A stretch of DNA of 64,000 nucleotides, taken from NCBI RefSeq assembly GCF_009914755.1, contig NC_060925.1; one strand, 5' to 3'. Below the pieces are notes generated by a model. It was not told the DNA's origin and did no database searches. It saw only the letters and a program-made list of their open reading frames with translations. The stretch is from the human T2T-CHM13v2.0 reference genome, Homo sapiens. Shown piece after piece: positions 43,947 through 56,626 of the stretch (its first letter is position 1; each line of letters opens with the position of its first letter). The position numbers and the translations under genes were made by a program.

Positions 43947-46555
43947 TGCATTTTCTTTTTCCAGCTCTGAGCACAGCACCTGGAAGTTTCCATGAATGGT
44001 GGATGGAAAAAAAAGGCTTTGATTTGATAAGCTTCTTCCTCCCCCACACACATCATGAGTTTCCCCCATCCAGGGTTGTGGCAGAGCGGAGTGATTTATA
44101 GGACTTTGCAGAAGTGGAAGAAATGACGGAAATTGAGTTTATTGATCAACCCTCAGAGAAGCTGCCTGGCAGGCTCCTGGCCTGGGATACTGCCAGCAGC
44201 TAACATGCTGCTCTGTTTTACCCGTGCAAATGACAGGGGCACAGACCAGCTCCCAGAGGAGGAGGAGGACAGACTGTTCCCCACCTCCACCCAGGCCGGG
44301 AGTTGAGGAGAGGGGCTGGTCTTGCAGTTGGAGGAAGTGTGTTAGACTCCTGTGAGAACCACCTAATTAAGTGGCTTGAGATATCGGGGCTGAGTGGTTG
44401 AGGCGGGACCTTCGAGTGGAGACCCTGAGCATTCTGTAGAAGGCCCCTCAGCTGTGACTGTTGGGAGCAGAGCTCTGCTGCCTGCCAGGGGGGATGTTGT
44501 TGTTGAGATGAGCAAGAAGGCTCAGAATGGCTTCCTCTTACCAGTTTCTCCTACTTTCTTCACATTTAAGGTGATTATTGCAATAGTTGGCTTAATCTCT
44601 GCCATGTTTATAACTGTTTTCTAGTCATTATATTTGTTTTCTTTTTTTTTTGCTTCTCTTTTTCTGCCTCTCTGGTTTTAATCGAGCATTTTATATGATT
44701 TCATTTCCTTCCCCAAATATTATTGAGTGCTTACTGTGTGCCAGGTACTGTGGTAGGTGCTAGGAAGATGATTTTGAACCAGACTTCGTCTTCGCCCTTC
44801 AGGTACTTGCAGTTATGTGCTCTGAGAGAAAAATAAAGAATTTTTCTGATTATCCCACATGGGGAAGGGAAGGGAAGGGAGCCAGCCACCAGATGATCTA
44901 GGAGACCTCACATTCCCACTTCCTGCTGCATGTTGTTCTGGGGAGGGGGATCTCTGGCTCACCTGCACCCACTGGGTGAGCCTGGGTGCTCCCCACCTCC
45001 CACTGCATCTGTATGTCTGGGCCCCTCCTCCACAAAGCCATCCCTGGAGCTGGGGCAGAAGCCCCTGAGCACATGCAGTGGAGCAGGAGGGCTGCAGCTG
45101 ATGCTAAACTCTTCTGTGTGCTCTGCCCTGGTCTGGGTGGCTGCTGGCTGGGGAGGACTGGTTCCCGGATTGGGCCTGGCCTGTGGCTTCTGTAGGGACT
45201 CTGTACACTGTGGGCTTGGTGAGTGCTTATGTGGAGGGACACAGGGCAAAGAGAGCATCAGGAGATACCAGGAGGGTCAATGGAAAACTGCTGGGTCCTG
45301 GGGTCCTTCCTGCTGTTATTTGGGCTCTACACCCCTTTGCCTGGTTGCAAGGTGGGGAGAAAGGCCAGGATCGGGGAGAATATGACTGTACTTCTTCCAG
45401 GTCCCAAAAGTGGTGTCTTCTTGAGTTCTGATGCAGCAGGAAGAACTGAAGTTAGACTCTGGGAAGGACTTTCTAATGTGGAAGCACAAGCTGTGGAATG
45501 CGGAGCTGAGTGTGGGGGTGGACTCTTTCTTTGGAAAGATTTCCAAGGTGGTGAGCTCTTCCTGTCTTCTCTGTCCTCCCCCTATCTGCTGTCTGTTGAA
45601 TCTTTTCCAGGGCAGGGGGCTAGGTGCTGTGAGCTTTAGGGGGCCCTGACAGCCCAAGCTCAGTGACAGCAGCTGCCTCCTCAGAGCACAGCATCCCAAT
45701 CTCCCTGGCTCAAGAGGCACCTCCTCTTGTCACTCCAGACTGTCAGCAGGCATCCAACCTGCTTTCTAGGTCCCAACCCCAGCTGGTGCCTTTGGGCTGA
45801 TCTCGAGTCTGCATGGGATCTCTCCAGTGGGGGTCGGATTTACAGTTCCTTGGTGGAAACAGGCCTTCAGGCAGATGCCCTGTACCCTGCAAGCGTTCAG
45901 GGTTCCAGGCAAGCCAAGAGATACTCTGAAGGGAGGTGGGAGGAAAGGCGTGGGCTCACCCTGAGTCCGCCTCCCATATCTCCAGTATCCTCCCTGGCCA
46001 CTTCCCCAGTGGAGCTTTACTGGGGTTCTCCAGGGAGCGTGACTTCTCCAGGACCCTGTGTAGGGTTTAGTGCTGGGCTGAGCAGGTTCCCAAACCCCCA
46101 CCCCAGACTCAGACACTTTCATCAGATAGATCAGGGAACACAGACCCGTTCTGTACGAAGGTTGAATTAGGTAGGAGAGCTGGCTGTGAAATAGATATGG
46201 AAACCATGTGACTGGCCTTCCAAAGTGAAACAGAAGTAATTTTTTGTTTATCTATGTCCTTGCAACCTGTTTTGTATCTCTTCAAGGGTCGATTGTGTAT
46301 TCCAGTAGAATCAGGGGTGTGCTCCTGGTGGAGATAGCAATGGGCACCTGGTGCTACTGTTCATTGAGTGCCCAGATAAGTTACTGCGCCAGCCTCATCC
46401 TCACAGGGGACCTGCTAAGCCAACCTTCTCCTCCCATTGTGCCCAGGACAAAACCAAGGCTCAAGGAATTGTTACTTGCTCCAGGCCACAAGCTGTTAAT
46501 GGTGGAGTCACAGTTTGAACTCGGATCTTACCCCACAGCACACTTCATGCATGCA

Positions 46556-46597
46556 TGCATTCATTCATTCATTCATTCATTCATTCATTCATTCATT
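46556..46597. repeat. (CATT)n simple repeat, probably an L2 tail
   Basis: Direct reading; followed by CTCAATAAATATTTATT. Confidence 0.85.
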
Positions 46598-49500
46598 CTT
46601 ATACTCAATAAATATTTATTTCTCTTTACATTCCATCTTGCCCCCCATCTTCCTCTCCATGGGGCACAGAGCTACAGCATGGAATCCTTTCAGAAGGGAC
46701 TCCCTTCCGGGGATGTATGGGTGCCCCTCACCACTGCCCCTGGGCTCCTCCTCCCCACAAGGAGTTCCGTGTTCAGTGCCCCTCCCTCCTTTCTGCTAGC
46801 GCTGAGCTCAGCTCTCTATAGAAGATGATTTGACACATTCCAGAAGAAGGGAACCGTGACCTGCTAGAGCCCAGAAAAGATCTCATTCAATCCCTCATCA
46901 TCCAGACAAGGACACAGAGGCCCCAAAAGGGAAAGGGTCTCCCCGAAGGCCAGCTCACTCCTGGCACAGCCTGGACCAGAATGGGGGTCTCCCATTTCCC
47001 ACCACAATGAGGTATTCCAAGGGAGGACTGCCCTTCTTTGGGGGTCCAGCATGGGCCCCCTCTGCTCTCCTGAGCCTGCAGAATTCTGCTGCTTCCTGGC
47101 TCCCTCCTGCCTGGGCCCTCCCCATGTGCCAGCTGGGCTGGCGGATTCTCTGCTGTTCTCCTAAGAGGCCACAGTCTGCAAAGACCAGAGAGGCCTATGG
47201 GAAGCCGCATAAAGCCATCAGCTCCCTTCCCACCATGGCGGACCTTTCCACTTCACTGGAAAAGGAATTTTGCCCCTTTTAGCACCCTGGCCATCCCAGT
47301 GAGGCCTCCCTGCAGCAGCTACTCACAGGTCATTAAGTCTGAATGCAGATGGGATGGTTGAGTCAGAAACAGTCACCCATAGCAGGTGGGGCTAATTGGC
47401 CTTGCTCCTTTTGCCATCCCGGTCTTCCTTGGAGAGATGGAGAGAATCAAATCTCAGTGCAGAAAGAGCTGAGAATGCCAAGGTCTGGGTCCAGTTTTCC
47501 TGCATTTACTGTCCAGGTCAGACACCCTCCTCCTTGAGGACCACCGCCTCACGGGGATGTGGGTGCTGTGCTTGACTTTGGGAGGGGAGGAGGTGGCTGT
47601 ATTGTGAAATCGCCCAGGGCATTGTCTCAAAGTGTGATACCTTGGCCTTCTGGCTGTGGAAAAACATTCCATAGGATATGCCCTGGACTGGGAGAAAGGG
47701 ATGAGGTTCAGAGGCAAATATACTTTGAAAACATGCCTCCTCCAAATCTGAAAGCCTCCCACTTTGCACCCCACCCTCTGAAGCCCCCTCCGGATCAGAA
47801 CCACTGAGCAAATCCAAACTTCTGTTTGTTGGGATGAGAACGCCCACCCAGAGAGAGAGAGAAAAGAGCTCTCTGCAGGCACACAGGTCTGGGGGGAGCT
47901 TGTGCTGTCAGTCATGCATGAAACCTTTGAGTGGGGGAGCTGGCAGGGAGCTCTGCCCTGTGCTTTGCAGCACATGCCGCTCTCATCACACTGGGGATCC
48001 CTTTGCTCAGGTGCTGGGCCTCTCCTGTGGACTGAGAGTTCCTTCATGGTGGGATCTATGTTTATTCTGCTCACGTCCAGCGCTCAGAAAGGGGCCTTGA
48101 ATCCGAAGGACAGACAGTTGGGGAGGTTGCCAGAATAGAGGGTGTTACTGAGTCACACACAGGAACCTCATTATTTTCCCCACCAGGCTGTGGAGTTATT
48201 TGTCCTCAGCAAGTGACCAGGAGTGATTTCCAAGGCCCATTACACTAATGACCTAATCAATTTATCCAGCTCTTTTCTTTCAAGACACAGAGTGTCTGCC
48301 CTCCTCCCTGTAGCCCTGCAGACTGGCCCTGGGGTGTCAGCCCGAGTCTCCTTTTGGGGATTGGTGGGCACTGATGTTCTAGATGGTGAGTGATGCCACA
48401 GAGCCCCTCACAGCGGGATTCAAGGCAGGATTCTTAGGCCTGACATCCTGCCCCCTCCCCAGGGCCCCTGAAGCAGACTCCCCTGGGCAATGTTACTGTT
48501 AAATATTTGGCCCCTGGAGTGTGCCCAGCACCTTTGATTATATCTGGTTTCCTGTTCTCCTTGGGGAGGAAGAATTTCTCCACAGGAAGTAGTTTAATAG
48601 TCTGAAAGCCTTACTTTCCTGCTCTTGAGATCCAAGTTTCCAGTTACAAGTGGCTGAGATCCTTGATAAGAGAGGAGGCGGGAAGGAGGGGACCAGAGCT
48701 ATGAACTGTCACTCCCTCCCAGCCAAGAGTGAGGGAACGGAAGAGAGAAGATTCAATCCCTGACTATCCAAACCGCAGGATGGTGGAAAGACGTGGACCT
48801 CTGCCACCCCCCGGCCCTCCACCTCCCTGCTCCCATGTCCAGTGCTTCCATGAGGAGCAGGTGATGAGAAACAGGGACGGCCAGGCCTGAGGACCCTGCT
48901 CTGGTCTCAGCAGTTGACAGGACACTGTGTCATCCTGCCCTCAGGCAAGCCATGCTTAGCATTTTCCAAACCCACATGTGGGTTCTCTTGCCTCTGAGTG
49001 AAGGCGTTTGTAAGAGTTGGGTGGCTCACTCGTACCTATACCTCTGGCAGGGGGTTCTTAGGGATGACTGAGCTCAGTTCTTCCTGATGCAGCTTTACTC
49101 TTGAACCGTCTGAGTCTAACCAGGAACACAAAAATCATTTTAGGTGTTTACAGCCGAGGGCCTTATACCAGGAATTGGTGATGAAGCAGCCGAGACACAA
49201 ACAGGGAGAGTGAAGTAACCCAGAGATGAGTAACAACAGGAAGCTACCCCAAGGCAGAAGGACAAAGTGAGGAGGCGGTGATCCCGGAGCCCAGGGGCTG
49301 CAGTTGGCTGGTAGAAGCCGCACCCGTGGTGGGCTTGTCTGGTGTGTGTTGGAGCCATGGAGGAGTCATAACCACTGCCTAGTACACAGCTGGGACAGGG
49401 AGGTAGACAGCTCCCCACCACCGCCCCATCCCCACTGCTCCAGCACTGCAGTATTTCCCATGGACCCGGATAGCCCCAGGGCTTGGGAAATGCAGCCTGC

Positions 49501-49667
49501 CGGGGTCAGCCCCATGGTGATACAAAACAGGGCAGGGCCAGGAGAGAAAGCCAAGGACAGACAGCTTCAGAACCAGCACACTCCAGTCTCATCCCTGCAG
49601 TGGTGGCTGGCTTCTTTGCACCTTTCTCAGTTTGGCTGTTCTGCATTCACCAAAGAGAATTATGTAG

Positions 49668-50183
<516 letters not shown>

Positions 50184-51416
50184 TAAGGGTGTAGACAAGG
50201 AGAGGCCACCCCTCTGTGCACAGTCGGGTCTCCAACTAGAAGTGATCTCATCCCTGAAAAGGACGATTCATGAGGCAAAGGACCAATGAGGAACTTGGGC
50301 ATTCTCATGACGACTGCTGGGAATTAGCATGAGATGAAGGCTTGCTTTTCTGGGATGCAGGCTAAGAGACTCTGGGGAGGTGAGTTCTGGCCAGGGAAGC
50401 CTCTGCTGGTCTCACAGTGTGCAGGGCAATGCTGGGACTCCAAGCCACTATGGACATGTTGGTGGCTGGCTGGTGGCCTGGTGGCAGTTTCTCATACATT
50501 TCATAAGAGGCCCTTGTCATAGCGGCCTTATGTCGCAGGACCTAGGTAGGGGACCAGGAGTTGTCTGATTCAGCAGTGGATCCCCTACAGCTCCCAGCAC
50601 AGCAGGGAATAAACCAGGGAATGATTTTCCTCATCCAGGGCATTGTAATTGCCTTCAGGGCTAGGGTCATGCCTTTCTAATCTGACTGTCTCTAATTGAG
50701 CACCTACCATTTAATCCTTATCTCTTGTTCCCTGAGATGTACTCACGTTGCAGGTCCTTGAGCAATCATTTCTGAATAAGTGGATGTATGGTTTCATTAA
50801 TCCATTTTTACATGTATTTATTCATTCATTCAACAAATAGTTATTGAGCACTGATATAGGTACTGGGGATGCAGTGGTTAACATGCCAAAGGTTCTGTCC
50901 TACTGGGGCTTACATTCTACTGGAGCACTGGAGAGAAACTAATAATAAATGTATAGATAGATAGATAGTTAGATAGGGGGGAAGAGAGGGTGTGAGAGAG
51001 AGGGAGGAGGGAGAGGGTCAGGAAATGCTATCAGGAAAATTAAATATGGCAAGAGGAGACAGTGATAGAGACTATTTTTCAGGAGAGTCAGGAATCTTCC
51101 CTTAGGACCTGACATCTGAGTGGAGACCTGAATGAACGGAGAATGAACCTTCCCAGACATTTCAGGAAATGAACAGGAAGTGCAAAGCCCCTGAGGTAGG
51201 AGAGTGCCCCAGGTATGTAAACAAAGGAGTGTCCACTAGCATGGTGATAGTAGAGTGGAGTTCAGGGAGAGTGAAGTGGAGTTTAAGGTAAGGGGATGGG
51301 CCCTTCAGGGAAAGAAGGGTCAAGGAGACTGGGGGAATGACAGTGCCCTCTGCTCAGTGGTCAGGATAAAAACCAGACAGAGTCATCTTGTTGACTCTTT
51401 CTCTCACCTGGACATC

Positions 51417-53821
51417 TGTCTTACTTCATTTTCTGCTGCTATAATAGAATAGCACAGACTAGGTAATTCATAATGAACAGAATTTTATTTGGCTCACAGT
51501 TCTGGAGGCTGGGAAGTCTAAGATTAGAGGGCCATGTCTGATAAGGACCTTGTTGCTGCCTCATACCATGTGGAAGGCATCACACAGACAGGAGCTGAAC
51601 TCATCCTTCAGAAGGACCCCACTTCTGTGGTAACAAAACTAATCCTGCAGTATTGGCATTAATCTATTCATATGGGCAGAGCCTCATGACCTAATTACCT
51701 CTTAAAGGTCCCACCTCTCTACACTGTTGCAATGGGGATTGTTTCCAATATATGAGCTTTGAGGGACACATTCAAACCATGGCATTCTGCCCTGGCCTTC
51801 AAAATTCATGTCCTTCTCGCATGCAAAATACATTTATTCCATCCCAGTAGGCCCCAAAGTCTTAACTAGTTCCAGCATCAACTCAAAAGTCCTAAGTCCA
51901 GAGTCTCATCTAAATCAGATATGGGTGAGGCTAAAGGCAGGATTCATCCTAAGGCAAATTTCCTTCTGGTTGTGAGCCTATGAAATCAAAACAAGTTACA
52001 TGCTTCCAAAATACAATGGTGGGACAGGAATAGGATAGGTTCCCCATTCCAAAGGGGAGAAACAGGCAAGAAGAAAGCAGTAACAGGATCCAAGTAAGTC
52101 CAAACCCCAACAAGCCAGACAACATTAAATCTTAAGATTCTAGAATAGCCTTTTACTCCATGTACCACCTCCTGGACATATTGGCTCTACTGGGCTCAGC
52201 CCATGAAGCAGCTCTCGTGGATTGGAGTCTCATGCCTGCAGCTCTCCCATACTGGAGTTGCATGCTGGTGGTCCTACAGTGCTGGTGTCTGGGCAGTGGC
52301 CTCACTCCCATGGCTCCAGGAGGCATTGCCCTGGTGAGGGATCTCTGTGGTGGCTCTGTCCCTGTGACAAGTTTCTGCCTGGGCTTCCAGGCTGTCCATG
52401 ATATCCTTTGAAATCTAATTGGAGGCTGGCATGACCCCATGGCTTCCACACTCTGTGCACCTGCAGAATCAGCACCATGTGGACACTGCCAAGACCTACC
52501 TACCACTTGTGCTCTCTGGAGCAGCAGCACAAGCTACATCTGGGCCTGCTTGAGCCATGGCTGGGGCTGCCAAGGAGCAGAGTCCTGAGGTGGCCCTGGG
52601 CAGCAGAGGCCTGAGGTGGCCCTGGGCAGCAAATGCCGAGGTCCTGCCTGGTGTCTCTGGAAACCTTGCTCTAAAGGTCCTCAGCTGCCTTGAAGATCTC
52701 TGAAATACCTGTGTAGTCATTCTCCCATCATCCTGATGAATAGAACCTGGCTTCCTTCTATCCATATTATTCTCTTTAGCAAATGGTGTTTTGGCCACAT
52801 CCTTAGTATTCTCTCCTGAACACACTTTTTAATTCTGTACATGGCCAGGCTGAGAGTTTTCCAAATCTTTCCATTCTGCTTCCCTTTCGATGATAAGTTT
52901 CATCTTTAAATCATCTCTGTCTTCCTTCACTTTGCTATAAATGGCAAAAAGAAACCATATAGCACCTTGAATGTTTTGTTGTTTGGATATTTCTTCTGCT
53001 AGATATCCCAGTTAGTTGCTCTAAAGTTCTGCCTTCCACAAAGTCCTGGGACACAGACACAATTCCACCAAGTTCTTTACAACTATATAACAAGGATGAC
53101 CTTTACTCCAGTTTTCAATATCTTGTTTCTTGTTTCCATCTGAGACCTCATCCAAAATTCTTTACTGTCCAAATTTTCTGCTAGCATTGTGATCACGACC
53201 ATTCAAATCATCCCTTAAAAGATTCAGTTGCTCCCTACAGCTCTTGTCTTCTGAGCTTTCACCAGAATTACCCTTAATGCTCCATTTATGGCAGTCTGGG
53301 CATTTTTTAGCCTGCTCCTCCAAACTCTTCCAGCCTATACCTGTTACCCAGTTCTAAAGCTGCTTCCACATTTTCAGGTATTTGTTAGAGCAACAACCCC
53401 ACTTCTGGTACCAATCTTCTGTCTTAGTCCATTTTGTGCTGCTATAACAGAATGCCTGAAACTGGGTAATTTATAAAGAAAAGAAGTTTACTCAGCTCAC
53501 ATTTCTGGAAGCTGAGAAGTCCAAGATTGAGGGTCTGCATCTGACAAGGGCCTTTTTTTCTGGCTCATCCTATGGCTGAAGGGTGGAAGGACAAAGAGCA
53601 CACTCCCTAGAGAGAGAAAAGAAGGTGGCCAAACTCATCTTTTATAAAGACTCCACTCCTGTGATAATGAAGCCACTTCTGCAATTAATGGCATTAATCC
53701 ATTCAAGAGGGCAGAGCTCTCAGGATCTAATTACCTCTTAAAGTCCCACCTTTCAACATTGTTGCATTGGGGATTAAGTTTCCAACACATGAGCTTTGGG
53801 GGACACATTCAAACCATAGCA
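51417..53821 (-). mobile_element. Full-length MST-family MaLR (ERVL-MaLR): LTR 51417-51784, internal 51785-53419, LTR 53420-53821
   Basis: Two homologous LTRs with TG...CA termini; MaLR internal start GAAGATTGGTACCAGAAGTGGGG on the minus strand; 5-bp TSD ACATC at 51412-51416 and 53822-53826. Confidence 0.93.
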
Positions 53822-54548
53822 ACATCCAAACTCAGCAGCAGGTCCTTTTGGCCCTGTTCCTAAATACATCTCAAAGCCATATGCTTCTCCTCAATTCCCA
53901 TGCCGCCAGCTACAGCATCCCACCCTCATCTGCCTGGATGGCTAAAATAGCCTCCTGCTGGTTTTCTTGCCTTCCATCATTCCCTGCTGCAACACATTCT
54001 CCACACAGCAGCCTGAGCTATCTTTTAAAAACAGCAATTCGATTATATTATTCCTTTGCTTAAAATGACTTCCCCTCGTACTTAGGATAAACCCCAGAAC
54101 ACTTGCTGCAGCCCTCTCAGCCCTAGGTCTCTTCTCTGACTGAGCCGGCCTCTCTCGGGCCTTCACCCCTGAGGCTCCTTCACACTAGCCCTCTCTTGCC
54201 ACTCTTGCCTCAGCACCTCTCCCCGATGGTGCCTTCTGCCTAGAAGGCTCTGTCCCAGATCTTTCCCTGGCTGGCTCGTTGGTGGTCCTTTGGCTCTCGG
54301 CTCATTTTCTCATCCTCAGAGAGGCTGCCCTGCCCACTCACTCTCTCCTGGGGTATCCTCTTATTTCGCTTGGTAGGTCTTTTCACTCTCTAAAATGATC
54401 TGGTTTATTTGTTTGCATATCTATTGCCTGTTTCTCTGTCTGCAGAATGATATTTTCATGAGTCTGTTCTCTTCTATATTCCTGAACCCTAACACCTAGA
54501 ACCTGGCACCTGATAGGTGCTCAATGAATACCCCTTTAATAAATGAAA
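53822..54548 (+). mobile_element. LINE-2 3' remnant, continuing ~51375-51416 across the MaLR insertion
   Basis: Ends with CCTGGCAC..ATAGGTGCTCAATGAATA...AATAAATGAA; the two flanks rejoin into L2-like sequence. Confidence 0.8.
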
Positions 54549-54986
54549 GGGTGAGTCTCAACTGCCTGATTGCCCCCAGCAAGAACAAGACAGCAACTAA
54601 ATACCTAGGCAGCACATGCATGTGAACAGGTCATTCTGATGGCTCAGAAAGAGCTCAGACTTTGCAGGAGGAGTGAGGCTCCCAGGCAAAGCACAATGGC
54701 ATCCTCACAACTACTTAGTCCAGGGAGATTTGCCTGGAGCAGGAGAGGCTTGCCTTCTGGGCCCTAGCCATGGCTCCTTTCTCCTGCTCCAAGCTTCCAT
54801 CCCCCAATCCTCACGTGTTCTCCATCTCCCAGAGTGGCAGAGCTGGGTCCAATATGGGCTTTGCACTTGGACATACTGGAGTCTTAGAAATTCTTTTCCT
54901 GCTTTTTCCTGGCAGAGTGGCCTTGGACATGTTTTCTAATCTCTCCAAGTCTCAGTTACTGCAATTAGGAATTGAGAATAATGACA

Positions 54987-55216
54987 CAGGTTGAGTATCC
55001 CTTATCCAAAATGTGTGGGACCAGAAGTGTTTCCAATTTTGGATTTTTTCAGATTTTGGAATATTTGCATTATACCCGCTGGTTGAGCATCCCTAATCTG
55101 GAAATCTGAAATGCTCAAATGAACATTTTTCTTTGAGCGTCTTGTTGGCATTCAAGTAGTGTTGAATTTTGGAGCATTTGGGCTTTTGGATTTTCACATT
55201 AGGGATGCTCAACCTG
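54987..55216 (+). mobile_element. Tigger4a/MER46A-type TcMar-Tigger MITE inside a MIR
   Basis: TIRs CAGGTTGAGTATCCCTTAT ... ATTAGGGATGCTCAACCTG; TA after the right end; ~230 bp. Confidence 0.9.
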
Positions 55217-55282
55217 TAGTATCTAAGTGATAGGGTTGCGCTGAAGTATCAATAAAACCATGTCTATAAAGTCAGTGCCTAG

Positions 55283-55580
55283 GGCTGGGCGCAGTGGTGC
55301 ACGCCTGTAATCCCAGCACTTTGGGAGGCCAAAGCAGGAGGATCACTTGAGCCCTGGAGTTTGAGATCAGCCTGGTCAACATAGTGAGACCCCCATCTCT
55401 ACAAAAACACGTAAAAATAGCTGGGCATGGTGGCACACACTTGTCCCAGCTACTCAGGAGGCTGAGGTGGAAGGATCTCTTGAGCCCAGGAGTTCGAGGT
55501 CACAGTTAACTGTGATTGTGCCACTGCACTCCAGCCTAGGAGACAGAGTGAGAGCCTATCTCTTAAATAAATAAATAAAT
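55283..55580 (+). mobile_element. AluJ-like
   Basis: Alu body with (TAAA)n tail; AGTCAGTGCC on both flanks. Confidence 0.95.
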
Positions 55581-56075
55581 AGTCAGTGCCCAGCACATAG
55601 AAATAAATGTTAGCGCTTACCAGCATTTTTATTGTTGTTATTATTGATCAGATAACTATTATTTTCAAGCTCCTTCCTCACTTAGCCCCCAGAATCTCCC
55701 ACCCCTCCTATGGCAGCCCTGCCAGGGTGTCCAGGGAAGAACCAATGGCTTTCTCTGCCCTGCCCTATTTGGACACAGGATTTGCAGACTTCATTCCCTC
55801 ATTTCCACCTCTAAACCATACTGACACTCTTGCAGCAGCTATGATATGAAATCCTTTTCTGTTCAGCCACCGGCTCTTGCCAACACTGAGAGGTTCAATG
55901 GGAACCCTCTTCCATTTCTCTCCTCAAGTGATCCCTTTCCCTCTCAGGGTCTCTGTAGCCCATTGCTCCGGGGACTCAGTCTTTTCATGTTATCATCATC
56001 AATGAGAAGTTCCGACTAATAAACTAATTCATACTATGGAGTTCATGTTATTTCAGCTTTTAAAAATAACACACA

Positions 56076-56212
56076 GGTGGGCGTGGTGGCTCATACCTGT
56101 AATTCCAGAACTTCAGGAGGTCGAAGTGGGAGAATTGCTTGAGCACAGGTGCTCGAGACCAGCCTGGACAACACAGGGGGGCCCCTGTCTCAATAAACTA
56201 AATAAATAAATA
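56076..56212 (+). mobile_element. Alu left monomer (FLAM-like)
   Basis: Single arm followed by an A-rich tail. Confidence 0.85.
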
Positions 56213-56324
56213 GCCCACAGAGAAGGCAACTCTTAACCCAAAGGAACGTCTCATTCCTTGTGGGATTTTATGCACTTTGAAGGAGATTCTGGAGATGGGG
56301 CTCTCCCTGGTTCCCTCAGGGCTA

Positions 56325-56626
<302 letters not shown>

